A stretch of DNA of 64,000 nucleotides, taken from Kondoa subrosea. Its lineage: Eukaryota. The stretch lies in contig BCIN01000003.1 in NCBI GenBank assembly GCA_039545335.1, positions 2,551,060-2,615,059 on the forward strand, written 5' to 3'. The first letter of the stretch is position 1. Each line of letters begins with the position of its first letter. Positions 52,601 through 64,000 of the stretch are shown here, piece after piece. Made by a program: the position numbers and the translations under genes. Under the pieces are notes generated by a model that saw only the letters and a list, made by a program, of their open reading frames with translations, was not told where the DNA came from and did not search any database.

Positions 52601-54609
52601 AGATCAGGCATACCAAATTGACCCAAGTGACTGACGCTTTTGCATCTCCAGCGACTGACTTGACAATTTCCTCGATATCGCTCTCTTTCGGTTGACTCAA
52701 TCCAAAGAGTGCCGGTTCACTCAAAGGTACTCTTCTGAAATTATAAGCTGGTGAAACAGAATCTGAATTACTTGAAGCTTCTTCTCTATGCCATTGATCC
52801 CTTTTCAAGATCGTTCCATGTCTTAAAGTAATTCCACCTCGATTTTGAACTATAGTTGAAGCCCAAGCCATTTCATCATTTCCTCCTCCAGAAGCTTCAG
52901 CGAACAAATCAGAATAGTTGGTTTTACGTTTGTCGGAAGATTTTGATAAAGAGGAAAGATCATTGACTGGTGCGTAGAGTGTTAAAGCACCTCGTTTGTA
53001 ATCCCGAAGTCGAGAGATCATGTTTCTGATTTCGGCTCGATCTGAAACCCAAGTGGAAAAGCGTTCTGAACCATTGAGAGTGACGTTATTGAGGAAAGAA
53101 GCAAAGGAGATGAGGAAGAAGTAGCGCTCGAGTTGACGTCGACCTAAACAACCGAGTTAGCAGATAGTAGCATAGAGATCGACAATTAGAATGCACCTTT
53201 GACTAACGCAGCCCGTTTCTGCTCCTCAGGAGCGCTCATACCGACACTAGCAGCTTGCAGCCGATGTATCAAGATCATGCTGCGTAAGTTCACAACAGCA
53301 TCGCCTAGAAGATCGTCTCAACGTGAATGTAGATGCATTGCAGAAAACAACTTACAATGATCTAGCACAGCATCCACTACAGATTTACTGGTCAATCCAT
53401 CATCCACACAACTGAGTAATTGCAGTACAATATCATATTTGCCTTCCAAAGCGTTTCTGAGATCTTCAAGTACTTGAGGTGCTGTAGTAAGGGTTTCTAT
53501 GAGTTCTGATTGATTTCGGAAAGAAGTAGTTTGGGAAAGAATATCCATGAGTTTGAGTAACGAGCGAGTTCGAAGTTTCTGGCTGGCTACTTCTTCAAAA
53601 GCTCGAGAAGAACGAGGTGAATCTGTGATTGAAGAATCACGTCGATGTTGTTGAGCAAAATCGAGCTTGAAAGGATCCTTTTCGCCTCGAAGTTGAATTT
53701 GCCTCCTCCTTACGAGCAAAGCAGCTGACATGGCATACGTCTGCAAAATGATCAGACGGAGGTGCTGAATATTGCAACAATCGCTCACTGTTCTGACTAC
53801 TCCCATACCGCTGGTCAATGGGTCAGAAAAGCATTGCCAGACAATTACCAAAGTGCCCACCAATTAAAGATCAAACAATGTTCAACAGGAATCGTTCTCA
53901 TCAAGGATAGATAAGCATCAAGATATTCTCTTTCTGGCGACTGATTTGCTGTGATGGGTATGCGATGATATGCTATCCGATAACCTTCCTCTTTGACTGA
54001 TTGAAACAATTCTCGAGGTGTCTTGACTTCATCAGCTGCTAACCAAACAGGAACGATCTTGGTTTCCGTTGAATCTGGCACAGCTTGTTCTTCATGAACT
54101 AAGATCACACCCTTATATTTACGTGCTTCTTTCAGTATATCTTCTTTGAGACGAGATTCCATCTGCTCTAGGTTCTCTGCACTGTCTGTGAAGGTAATAC
54201 TTTGTTTCGGTCGCTCAGAATCGCGCAGGATATAGCTTCTTCCTCCAATGTAGCACAAGACTTCCTCGTGTGTTGAGATCCAGCAGCAATCTTGAGGTGA
54301 TTCAGCTCTGTCATAGCAAGCAAGTACAGAGAGGATGGTTCGTAAGCCTTCTAGCTTTGGTACAGCCGTTCCATACACTTGTAATTCAGCTTGACGAAAC
54401 AGAGGAGCACCTTGAAGCGATAATTCCATTGGCTGCTTGGGTGGATAGTGTACTGCTTCCTTCAAAATCATGCCTCTTGATAGGACAGCTCCATCTCTAG
54501 CTCGCACGACCTTTGGAATCAATTGCGAGTATTTCAAGACGCTCGGTATAGGCTTTGTGTTCTCGATTTTCACTTGCGGCTGCAATGCGTTGGTATTCCT
54601 GGAAGCCAT
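49641..54609 (-). CDS. Paladin-like protein with three PTP-like phytase (inositol hexakisphosphate phosphatase) domains
   Basis: Three repeats of R.G..L....ILK / NFR / W.SLREEP / Y.R.P.T; CX5R motifs CGMGVVR, CQLGKGR and CQLGRGR across splice junctions. Confidence 0.88.
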
Positions 54610-54826
54610 GGGGTACACAGCTCAGATCAGCGCAAAGCCGCACTCGACTTGACTGCTACAGATCAACAAAGGATGCGCCAAGGCGGAATGTGTCATCGAA
54701 TGCTCTTCTCTGCTTTCAACGACTTTCAGGCATCTTGCATCTTGTTGCGATTTGTCCATTGGTGTATCAGCTCGGCGCATATCTAAATCCCAAGGAATCC
54801 CTCGAATCCCCGCCTAAATAGCTAAA

Positions 54827-56119
54827 ATGGGTCTTATGGACAAGTTGAAAGGCAAGAGCCACAAGTCGACTGGTTCTACTGGTTCTAACTCGTCTGGCTA
54901 TGCCGCACCACCTGGTCCTCCTCCTTCTGCTCAAAGATCGCAATATGGTCAGCAACCTCAACAAGGCTACGGTCAGCAGCAGCAAGGCTATGCACCACCT
55001 CAGCAAGGATTCGCTCCTCCTGCCGGCCCTCCTCCTCCTGGTCTGCCTGCAGGAATGGAGAATCAACTCGCCGCTTTACGAAGATATGATACTGTGTATG
55101 TCTTCGAACGTGTGGAATCGATCTTTTGTTTAAATTGATATGTGCAATAGCGTTCTTGTGGACGATTCTGGAAGTATGGGCATGTACTGGGATCAGACTG
55201 CTGAAGCTTTGGCCGGTTTATGCAAAGTTGCAAGTCAATATGATGCTGACGGAATCGATGTATATTAATTCATTCTAGAGTCGCTACTGCCTTGTTTGCT
55301 GACATTGTTTCCTGCTGTAGTGCTACTTCTTCAATTGGCCTACACCAGTCCTTGGTGCAAACAATCCACAAATGATTATGCGAACTTTCGATCAGATCAA
55401 CCCTCGTTATCGCACGGTAATATCCATTTTCTCAGAGTCGGAGTGGTGCTTATGTAGATGATCTACATATACAGCCCACTGCCAAAGCTTTGAGAGTCAT
55501 CACCGAACCTTACATGCAGAAATTGGAGGCATCCAAGGCGAACCCAAATGCGCCCAAAGTGAGCTCTATCTATCCCACTCTTGCCCTCAGGACCAGAGAA
55601 ACTTTCAGGTTAAACCCCTGAATCTATTATGCTTGACGGATGGAGCGCCAGATAAAGGAGAAGGTATGTCAAGAGCCTCCCTCAGTAGTAAACAACATTG
55701 TTCGCTCATATTTATGCTTCTTGACTGCTAATAGAGCCGGACAATCTGATTATCAACATAGCTCAAAGATTGGATGCTGGTCGATTTCCTTTATCTCAAT
55801 TCGGCATTCAATTTGTTCAAATCGGCAACGACTCAGAAGCTAGAGAAGCCTTGGAACATCTTGATGATAATCTTGCAAATGCTGGAGGACCAAATGGCAA
55901 ACTCAGGGACATTTGTGATACCACTCTAAGCGAGCCAGGGGTGAGCTACCTAATCTAGCGGTATTCTGCGTTTCTAATTCTTGTTGTAGCAAACTCTTGA
56001 CTCAGCTTTCTTAATCAAGGTATCATCCAGTCGTTACTTAGTGATTAGGCGAAATGCTGATACCATTTTGTCAGGCCTTACTCGGAGCCATCAATCGCAA
56101 AGTGGATAATTCTGCCTGA
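54827..56119 (+). CDS. VWA-domain protein, copy 1, with Pro/Gln-rich N-terminus
   Basis: LRRYDTV-LVDDSGSM (MIDAS), QYDADGID, KPLNLLCLTDGAP, LDAGRFPLSQFGIQFVQIGND, KALLGAINRKVD. Confidence 0.88.
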
Positions 56120-56427
56120 ATCAACCAGCTGTAATGTTGTATAGTATTGAGAATTGACAAAATGAACTAAATTATCATGTTTTGAGAGGTACAGGAACCT
56201 TTCTCTAATATGTCGCGTCACGCTGTTCTCTAGCCTGATCTCAGGGCTGTGCTCAGTCTGGGCTCGCATGAATGTTGTTGAAGACTAACACCAATTTCCA
56301 GTCTGACTAGCACAGCCTTGTTGAGGCTCTTATATGCCGCTTTACTATTCTCTTGTTCTTCACTCTTTCATCTTCAGCTCTCATCTTGATTCCTGCTTTC
56401 ATTCTATCCCAATTTTGCGGACCGAAA

Positions 56428-57471
56428 ATGGGACTCTTGCGTAAACTTACATTCCAGAGATCTAACAAGACCAAAGTTCCCGAAGAGAAGAATGACAAGC
56501 CGGTATCACATTCTCCATCTTTGTCAACTTACAAGATGCCAGCCAAAGAAGAATCTGCCTACAAAATTCTACCAAAGAACCCACTATTCCCGAAAATCAA
56601 CTCGCTGCGTTGAGAAGATATGACGTGGTCGTACTTATCGACGATTCCATATCTATGGTAAGCTCTTCCAACGGAGCAATGGAGCAATGCATTGACGTGA
56701 TTGCTTCAGTCAGGATCAAATTGGCGCGAAACGCGAGATGCGCTTCGAGGATTGGTCGAAGTTGCTGTTCAATACGACGCAGATGGTATTGATCTTTATG
56801 TGAGTCTTCAAATCAAATGCGACTTTCTCGCACAGCTGACAACGTTTCTTCAAAGTGGTTCAATCATCTCACCCCTTCTCTTGGCGTTAATTCCGCCAGT
56901 CAGTTAATAAAAATCTTTGAGAAAGTTAGCCCATCTGGTGGAACACCTACTTCAAACGCTCTTTTCCGAATTACTGAACCTTATATGAAATCTTTGGAAG
57001 CTCACAAAACAAACCCCGATTTGCCCAAGCCCAAACCGCTGAATATTCTCGCAATCACTGATGGTAGTCCTAATCCCGGCTACGAACCAAATGGGGTCTT
57101 AATTGATTTGGCAAAACGTCTCGATGCTGGAAGATTCCCGCTTACGCAATTGGGTGTACAATTTGTTCAGTAAGTCTGCATCTCACTGCATCATGAGCTA
57201 CACTAAAATATCATATCAGAGTTGGCAATGATTCGGGGGCAACTGAAGCTCTTCAACACCTGGATGATAATCTTGCTCAACTGGGACCGAATGGCAAACC
57301 GTTGTTCAGAGACATGGTCGACACAGTGCCCTATCAGAGAGGTGTAAGTCGTACAAACAGCGGTTCTATAGTATCTGACTGATCAATCAGACCAAGGTCA
57401 CTTCGGAATTCATCATCTAAGCTCTTATGGGATCCATCAACAAGAGAATGGATTCGCAGGACTTGTATTGA
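56428..57471 (+). pseudogene. VWA-domain protein, copy 2 (tandem paralog) with apparent 5' frameshift and in-frame TAA at 57418-57420
   Basis: ENQLAALRRYDVVVLIDDSISM is out of frame with MGLLRKL start; EFII*ALMGSINKRMD aligns to copy-1 FLIKALLGAINRKVD. Confidence 0.65.
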
Positions 57472-57511
57472 AAGTTTCATCATTCTATACATTAAACATG
57501 TACATAGCTCG

Positions 57512-59315
57512 TTAGCCTCTTCTAGTCCTAGATGATCTTCCGTTTAATGATGCTTGTAGATCCCTTGCCATCTGTTCATCGGCCGATAAAGTCTTGACTC
57601 CTTTCCCGTTCGACATTGCAGTGGAAGCATTTGAAAGAGACCTAGCCATTGATGATGATTCCAATTGTACTGGCATGACCATCCCTTCCACCGCGGGCTG
57701 GCCATCGAAATGCAATTCCACATCATGTGAAGGTCTGAAAAGATCATCATTATCCATCAAATCGGCTTCGATGCCATCTTCTCCCATTGTACCAGCAAGA
57801 TTATTCGTTGTAGCATCTTCACCGAAGACATCCACCACAACTTCTTGCTGTTCATCCATCAACCTTTTTTCCGCTTCCGATGCAGGAACGATATCGAATT
57901 CGTCTTCCTTCTCCCAGTACTCTTCATTCTCTTCCAACTCCTCGAACCCAGGCGCATAAGCGGCCCAATGTTCCGTTGCTGGAGTTACCCAGGTATGAAT
58001 CATTCCTTGATCCGAAACGGTGACTACAACAGGTCGAGTAGGATGCCACTTGATCATACAAATTAGCATCACATATTGAACAAACACGAGGGGAAAAGGT
58101 ACATCACAATCTTCCATTGGATCTTTTGTACCTTCAAGAATCTTTGCTAATGCTCCAGTTGCAGAATTCCAGATATACACGCCATTAGAAGTATGCTGAG
58201 CCGTTCCTTATCATTTTACAGTCAATGGCGAGTACAGAAGTAGATTAGGAATGGACTTTACCTCCGCAAGCTATCACATATTCCCCATCTGCTGAGAAGT
58301 TGCATCTGTTCCAAGGTGTTCTATTGATCAAATCTTGAAACTTGTGATTCAAGATCAAAGTCCCATCTTCTGGATTGATAGATAATACTCTAATCATTCT
58401 ATCGTTTGAGTTGATAGCTACTGCTGAACCTGTCCTATCGAATTCCATACTCTTTATACTTGAATTAGGTGAAACTCTTTCATGGTGCACAAGCTACTTG
58501 TAAATCAGCAGTAGTACACTAGTGAAAAAGCGGGCACGAACAGTTTTTGAAGCGGTTTCAAAGATATATAGCGAGCCTAGAGAAGAGCCAACAAAGATGA
58601 GATCGCCATTTGGACTGAATCGACAAATAGTCGCCGTTTCTCTGCTTATACGTGAGCCAAAAATCAAAGCCAAAACTAAATGGGAAGGCAAACCTTTTTC
58701 GCCCACCTTTAACTCTTTCTTGCATTCCTTCCAGATCAATCTCCATAGCGAGCTCAAATCGAGCTCCACCAGGTCTGAGATCTACAAATATGGTCTCTGC
58801 TTGATTCTGCAATGTTGCAACTAGAACATTGCTAGAGACATATTCAGTAACAAAGAAAGAAAAACAGCAAAGTATAAGACTAACCTATTGTTCGGATGCA
58901 AGCTTGCACTAATTACAGGAGCATCGAAGCGTACAGTATGTCTTCGATCACCAGTCTTGAGATCCCAAACAATGACATTCCAATCTCTTGAAGCCGACAT
59001 CAAATATCTACCTTTTCTTGACCAACAAATGGAAGTGATAGCTCGAACATGACCTTCCAAGTATCTCACGACGTTCTTGCTTTCGAAATCAATGATGCTT
59101 ACTATCCCATCGTTTCTTCCTACAGCTAGATGATGACCTGCGTAGGTGCCGTAGGTGTTGAAACGTGCACAAAGAGCTGCTGCATCGATTGTTGACTCTA
59201 CCTAAGCGAAGACTTATCAGATTCTGTCCGCGAAAGAACTTCGCGCAATTTGTATATTTACACTGGATGGGATGTCTTGCGCGAACGGGTTCAGCAAGGA
59301 CGGTATGGAGGCCAT
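57512..59315 (-). CDS. SWD1: COMPASS/Set1C WD40 subunit Swd1 (RBBP5)
   Basis: SLLNPFAQDIP, LEGHVRAITSICWS, NSNDRMIR, HKFQDLINRTPW, WAAYAPGFEELEENEEYWEKEDEFD. Confidence 0.93.
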
Positions 59316-59407
59316 GAGGACATGCTAAGAAGCTGCAGGCGTGTAGGCAGTGGCTGTACGAGGTGAGCAGAGGCGAGTCACTCTTCTAAACACCACGAAG
59401 TCGAAAC

Positions 59408-61203
59408 ATGAGAACCTCACTTATATCCCTCGTATTATGCTTAAGCAGTGTCCTGGCGTTGCCAACACAGCAACAGATACCCTTGCAAGCGCAGAAATTG
59501 AGCCTCATCGATACTTTGTCATTACCAAATGCAGTCGAGGATCTAGCTCGCCTCCAAGAGCACATCTCGTCACTGCCTGAACAGCGTAGAATTCGATTGC
59601 AAGACTTCACAGAACATACAATTGTGAATACTTCGTATTCCCCTCCTATCCTTAGAACTGGGTTTCTTAGTGTGCTTGCGTATTTCTCGAATAGACTGAA
59701 GGAGAGAAGAGTGTATTGACTTACAATGGTCTACGTTTCGACGATATTACCGATGAACTACCTCTGCTCGAATTGGCTGCAATAGATAAAGCTGGCGCAG
59801 CTAATGATCTACCGAAGAACCTCTCGAAATCGGTTCATCAATTACAGAAGTACTTTGATTCGGTGGACATAGAACGCATGCGCAAGACATTAACCAAGTT
59901 GTCCGTCAAACTTTCGCTAGTAATCGTGTCTCTTATTGAGATTGTTTGGGAATATAGCTCATCCTTCTACACTCGCTACTACCGATCACCGACGGGAAAA
60001 CAATCTCAACAATGGTTACTATCACAAATCAAAGAGATCGCAGCTCATAAACCAGATCTCGGCATCAAAGTTTCTGAATTCCCTCATTCATGGTTCGTGT
60101 GATGTTCAGGTTTAGGTTCCTAGAATCCAACCTTAGGATCCATTCGAACAGGGGTCAGAATTCGATTATTGCACATTTCCCTCGTCATAAGGACGCAAAG
60201 GGTAAAGATAAGAGAGTCGTCATTGGAGCTCACCAAGACAGTACCAATCTTCTGCCTTTTCTTTCAGCACCCGGGGCAGAGTGAGTCGTTCTCATGTATT
60301 CTCAAGAGTTATTCTGACGAGTCTTTATGTACAGCGATGATGGGTTAGGCATTTCACAAATGTTTTCAGAACAAAAGAAGGCTAATTTGAAATGCACAGA
60401 TCTGGTACAACAACCGTTCTAGAAGTAATGCACGCCTTGGTAGAGAATAGCTTTGTTCCTTCAAATTCATCAGTAGAACTACACGTCAGTGAAAATCTTA
60501 CTTAATGCAAGACTGGCTTTTTGTTGAGATTGAATTCGTGTCAATAAAGTGGTACTCTGCTGAAGAAGGTGGATTGCTCGGATCTGCGCAGGTGGCGAAC
60601 AAATACCATGCAGACAAGATTCCAGTCAAAGCTGTACGGGTCTTTCTTCTGGCGTTTGAGCAGCGCTCTGCTCACGCTGAAGTACACCCTATAGATGCTG
60701 CAAATGGATATGACAGCATACGTCAAACCCGGCACCGAGAAGAGAGCTGGTATCATCAATGATTTCGTTTCACCCGAATTGACTTCTTTGGTACAAGAGA
60801 TGGTTACTGCTTACACAAATGTGGCTCCGGTCCAAACGAAATGTGGGTATGCCTGCGTGAGTGTTATTCGACCAGTTGAATGGGATATAGCTGATCTTGT
60901 GGTTTTCCAGAGTGATCACAGTAGCTGGACCAAGGTCAGACTTTTATTACGTCCACCTTGATTTATTTCCAATGCCTCTTGACTGATTCAGGTCGGAGTT
61001 CCGAGCGCTTTCATCATCGAGGCTACCTTTGAAGACTCCAACACTGGAAATATCCATTCATCGAGGGATACCATCAATGTTGACGGCTTTTCCTTTGAAC
61101 ACATGTGCGCCCTCCTTTGTCCATCAAGAGCATCTACTGATCTCCTGTACTTAGGTCACAATTCGCGAGAATGAGTATTGCGTTTGCCAACGAATTGTCA
61201 TAA
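59408..61203 (+). CDS. Secreted M28 leucine aminopeptidase (Lap1-like)
   Basis: Signal peptide; SSFYTRYYRS, IGAHQDS, APGADDDGSG, WYSAEEGGLLGS, MLQMDMTAY, CGYACSDHSSW, IHSSRD. Confidence 0.93.
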
Positions 61204-61338
61204 GATATATTTTGCTGTATGATTTCAACATCTGCATCGCTGTCATTATGTTACCTTGTACTAGTATCGCATTTATACATGAATTGCTTGGATTGTACAA
61301 ATTACCTTATTATTGACTACAACTCAGACCCCTTATGT

Positions 61339-64000
61339 TTACAAATTAAGTACAGTAACGTTCTTTTGCTCGAGGAGTAAGATCCTGTTCGTTTCCGTCC
61401 AACAAACTTGCACAATGGCTGTTGAGTTGCCTTTGTATTCAACAGCCGGCATGTTGGTTTTACGGATGTCCCAAACTTTCAAGCTCTTCTCGTCCCCCAA
61501 AGCAAAAGATTTGCCATCAGGTGAAAAGGTACCGTTGACGAAAGAGGACAAAGCTTTGTCTGATTCGTAACCAAAACTGAGATCTGATTTGATGCTAGCT
61601 GCTTTGCGAACATCGAAACCGCAAACTTGATCGAACTTTGCCATCAGTTCGCACAGAAGGAGGTTAGGATCGTAAGACCTATCAACGAGAGTCAGATAAT
61701 GTCAGTTTAAATAGCTGATTAGCCTTACCCAAAATGCAACGCATTTATGTTAGAGGTGACAAAGTAGGTTGGTTTCGCCGAGTTGATCATTCGTGGAGGT
61801 CCATCAAGTGATACATCATAGAGGCATATCTTCTTGTCTGCTCCACCAGAAGCCAACATTTTTCGATGCGGGCTGTAGGCCAGTGCAGTGATAACGCTCG
61901 AATGACAAGTAACAACCATTTCGGGTCTTTCGCATGTTACTGCGCTATCTTTGCCTTCCAAATTCCAATAAAAGAGGAATCTGTCACTAGTTCCACCCGT
62001 TACCACGCTGGTTCGACCAGGTACTTGATTTGGAAGAGCAAGGAGTGCAGAAATGCCGAAGAGTTTATCAGGCTTAGGAGAACTATGAGGTGTTCCAAGA
62101 CGAGGAGAATAAAGTGCCGAGTCCTGTAGCGGATATCAGTGACATTCTGGAGTAGTGATTGCCGACAACTTACCGTGCTGACTGGCAACAGTCCTAATTG
62201 CTGTGGCTTGTTCCCGGTAGTGGTTTTGTCAAGGTATGCCAGAGCGACGACTCCATGCTCCGGAAGAAAGCATGAGGTGGGAGACTCCTTTGGCGTGTTT
62301 CCAGTATCGTGCAAGCAAGTTTTCTCCTTAGTGTCCGCATTGAATGCTAAAACATCACCCCGCTTGGTAGTAATTAGATACTGAGCAGTATCAGGCACTT
62401 GATAGATGCGACGGGGAATGCTGCGAAGCTTGGCGCTGGCGCTTGTAGATGCAGAAATATCAATGGCGGCGGAAGTCGAAACGGAGAAATACTTTTTTGG
62501 TTGCGGAGGTGGAGCAACACTCTTCTTCTTCCCTAGCTTGATCGGTACAATTTCGTCTTCATCAGATGATAACGTTACAGACTGTGCAACTTGAGAAGTG
62601 CTCGCTACTGGTGCCGCAGCCCTTCGTATTATGGCTTGAGCTGCAGGCTGCTTCTTTACTACAGGTTGTCTGACCAGCACAGGCTTTGTAATCACTTTCG
62701 GCGGTGCTTGGGCTGATTCCTGTCTTGGCTCGTTGTCTGGCGAAACACGGACGCTTACCGTCGATTCGATCAATGGAGCCGATCTTGTTTGTTGCAATCT
62801 TCTGACACGCATTTCCTCCTCTTCTCTTTCGATCTCTTTGTTGAGATCAAGCGCTTCTCGAATCAAGGCTTGCCGTTCTTTCAGCTTCTCGATTTTAGCT
62901 GCTCTATCGGCCCAGTACTCTTCTTCCTCTGCGGTCAAAGTAGGTGGTACTACTACTAGTTGTTGAGCAGGGTCTTGATTTCCGAGCAATACCCTCGGCG
63001 GTTCTTCGATTTCTGAGACTTCTTCTTCATCAACTTCCATCCTGCTTGTTCCTCTATGTACACGAGACAAAGATCTTTGCTGGCCCTGAAACAGATCACC
63101 TGAATTCACTCTTGTTCGCTTGGATTCCCGTACAGATGATTGATGAGCTGGAGCTTCAACAGCAATAACATCATCTGACGAATTGTTCTCTTCGGAAGAA
63201 GACGCAGGCGATCGGGTCCGTTTCTGAGACTGAGAATGGGAAGTCATGATAGGAGCAGATGCTTGTTCAGCTTGTCTTGATGTTGATGCGATAGGCCGCG
63301 ATTGGGCAGATGTTACAGACGAAGAGTGAGGTTGATTCACCAAATGCACCGCATTTGAGGCAGCAGTTGAAGCAAGAGAAGGTTTGATAGTAGCTTGCCG
63401 ACTTTGGACCGATTGATTTGATTGAGCAGAAGTAAGGCTTGTATCTTGAAGTTGGCAACTTTGCGTAACATTGCTTTGCATAGCACGAGTAGGTAGAGTA
63501 TTTGTTGCCGCATCTCTCGGAGCAGAGGACGTTGGAGCGAAAGAATGAACAGGTCGATTAGAATCGGTATGACTCTGGCTGGCATGCATATTTGCAATCA
63601 CTGTCTGGAATGCAGTCTTCTGAGGCGATGTTGCTTGCAATTGATGTTGTGATGGAGGAGCAGGAGAAGGCAGAACTGCTGCGATTTGTCTTTCCAGACT
63701 CGTCAAGCCAGGAATAGGTTGATCTTGCATTGCGACAGCGGGGAGAGGTTGTACAGGAGCAGCGAGTGACTGAGTAAGCTCAGGAAGCTCAGGGAAAGAC
63801 TGTTCTTCCGCTTCGACAACAAGCGTAGACGGTCTTGGAGTGAATTTGCGGACATTGAGCTGATCGTTCAAGATTGCGAACTCGAGACCAGCAGTCACTC
63901 TAGCGATATCATTCAGCTTGTACACCCTGACTCTGATCTCGTGCTCACCTCCTAGTATCCTCAAGCAACCTCAACACAAATGTCCGGGTGAAGGACCGGT
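61339..64000 (-). CDS. WD40-repeat protein with long S/Q/P-rich N-terminal region (5' end beyond or near window edge)
   Basis: LVTGGTSDRFLFYWN, HSSVITALAYSP...LASGGADKKICLYD, FSPDGKSFALGDEKSLKVWD. Confidence 0.75.

Overview
Gene-dense, intron-rich fungal genomic DNA. Short introns of roughly 45-65 nt and the gene content suggest a basidiomycete yeast, possibly Pucciniomycotina; this assignment is inference. About 31 protein-coding loci are present. Most are conserved housekeeping genes: APT1, ERG10-type thiolase, PDS5, GPAT, site-2 protease, GLE1, NAT3, NIPA Mg transporter, AreA/Gat1-type GATA factor, sphingosine kinase, TAF13, RPT3, ferric reductase, paladin-like phosphatase, SWD1 and an M28 aminopeptidase. 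No rRNA, tRNA, CRISPR or intact transposon was seen. Most notable observations: (1) a hidden upstream exon of the acetoacetyl-CoA thiolase that, after splicing, builds a PTS2-like peroxisomal signal (RLQSISSHM) whose last residue is the downstream start Met, suggesting dual targeting; (2) a site-2 protease with a non-canonical HExxxH zinc motif, head-to-head with GPAT and overlapping GLE1; (3) a spliced orphan gene with two zinc-knuckle-like motifs that the ORF track misses; (4) a tandem VWA pair whose second copy carries an apparent frameshift and an in-frame TAA. Exon boundaries were read by eye and some 5' ends are uncertain.
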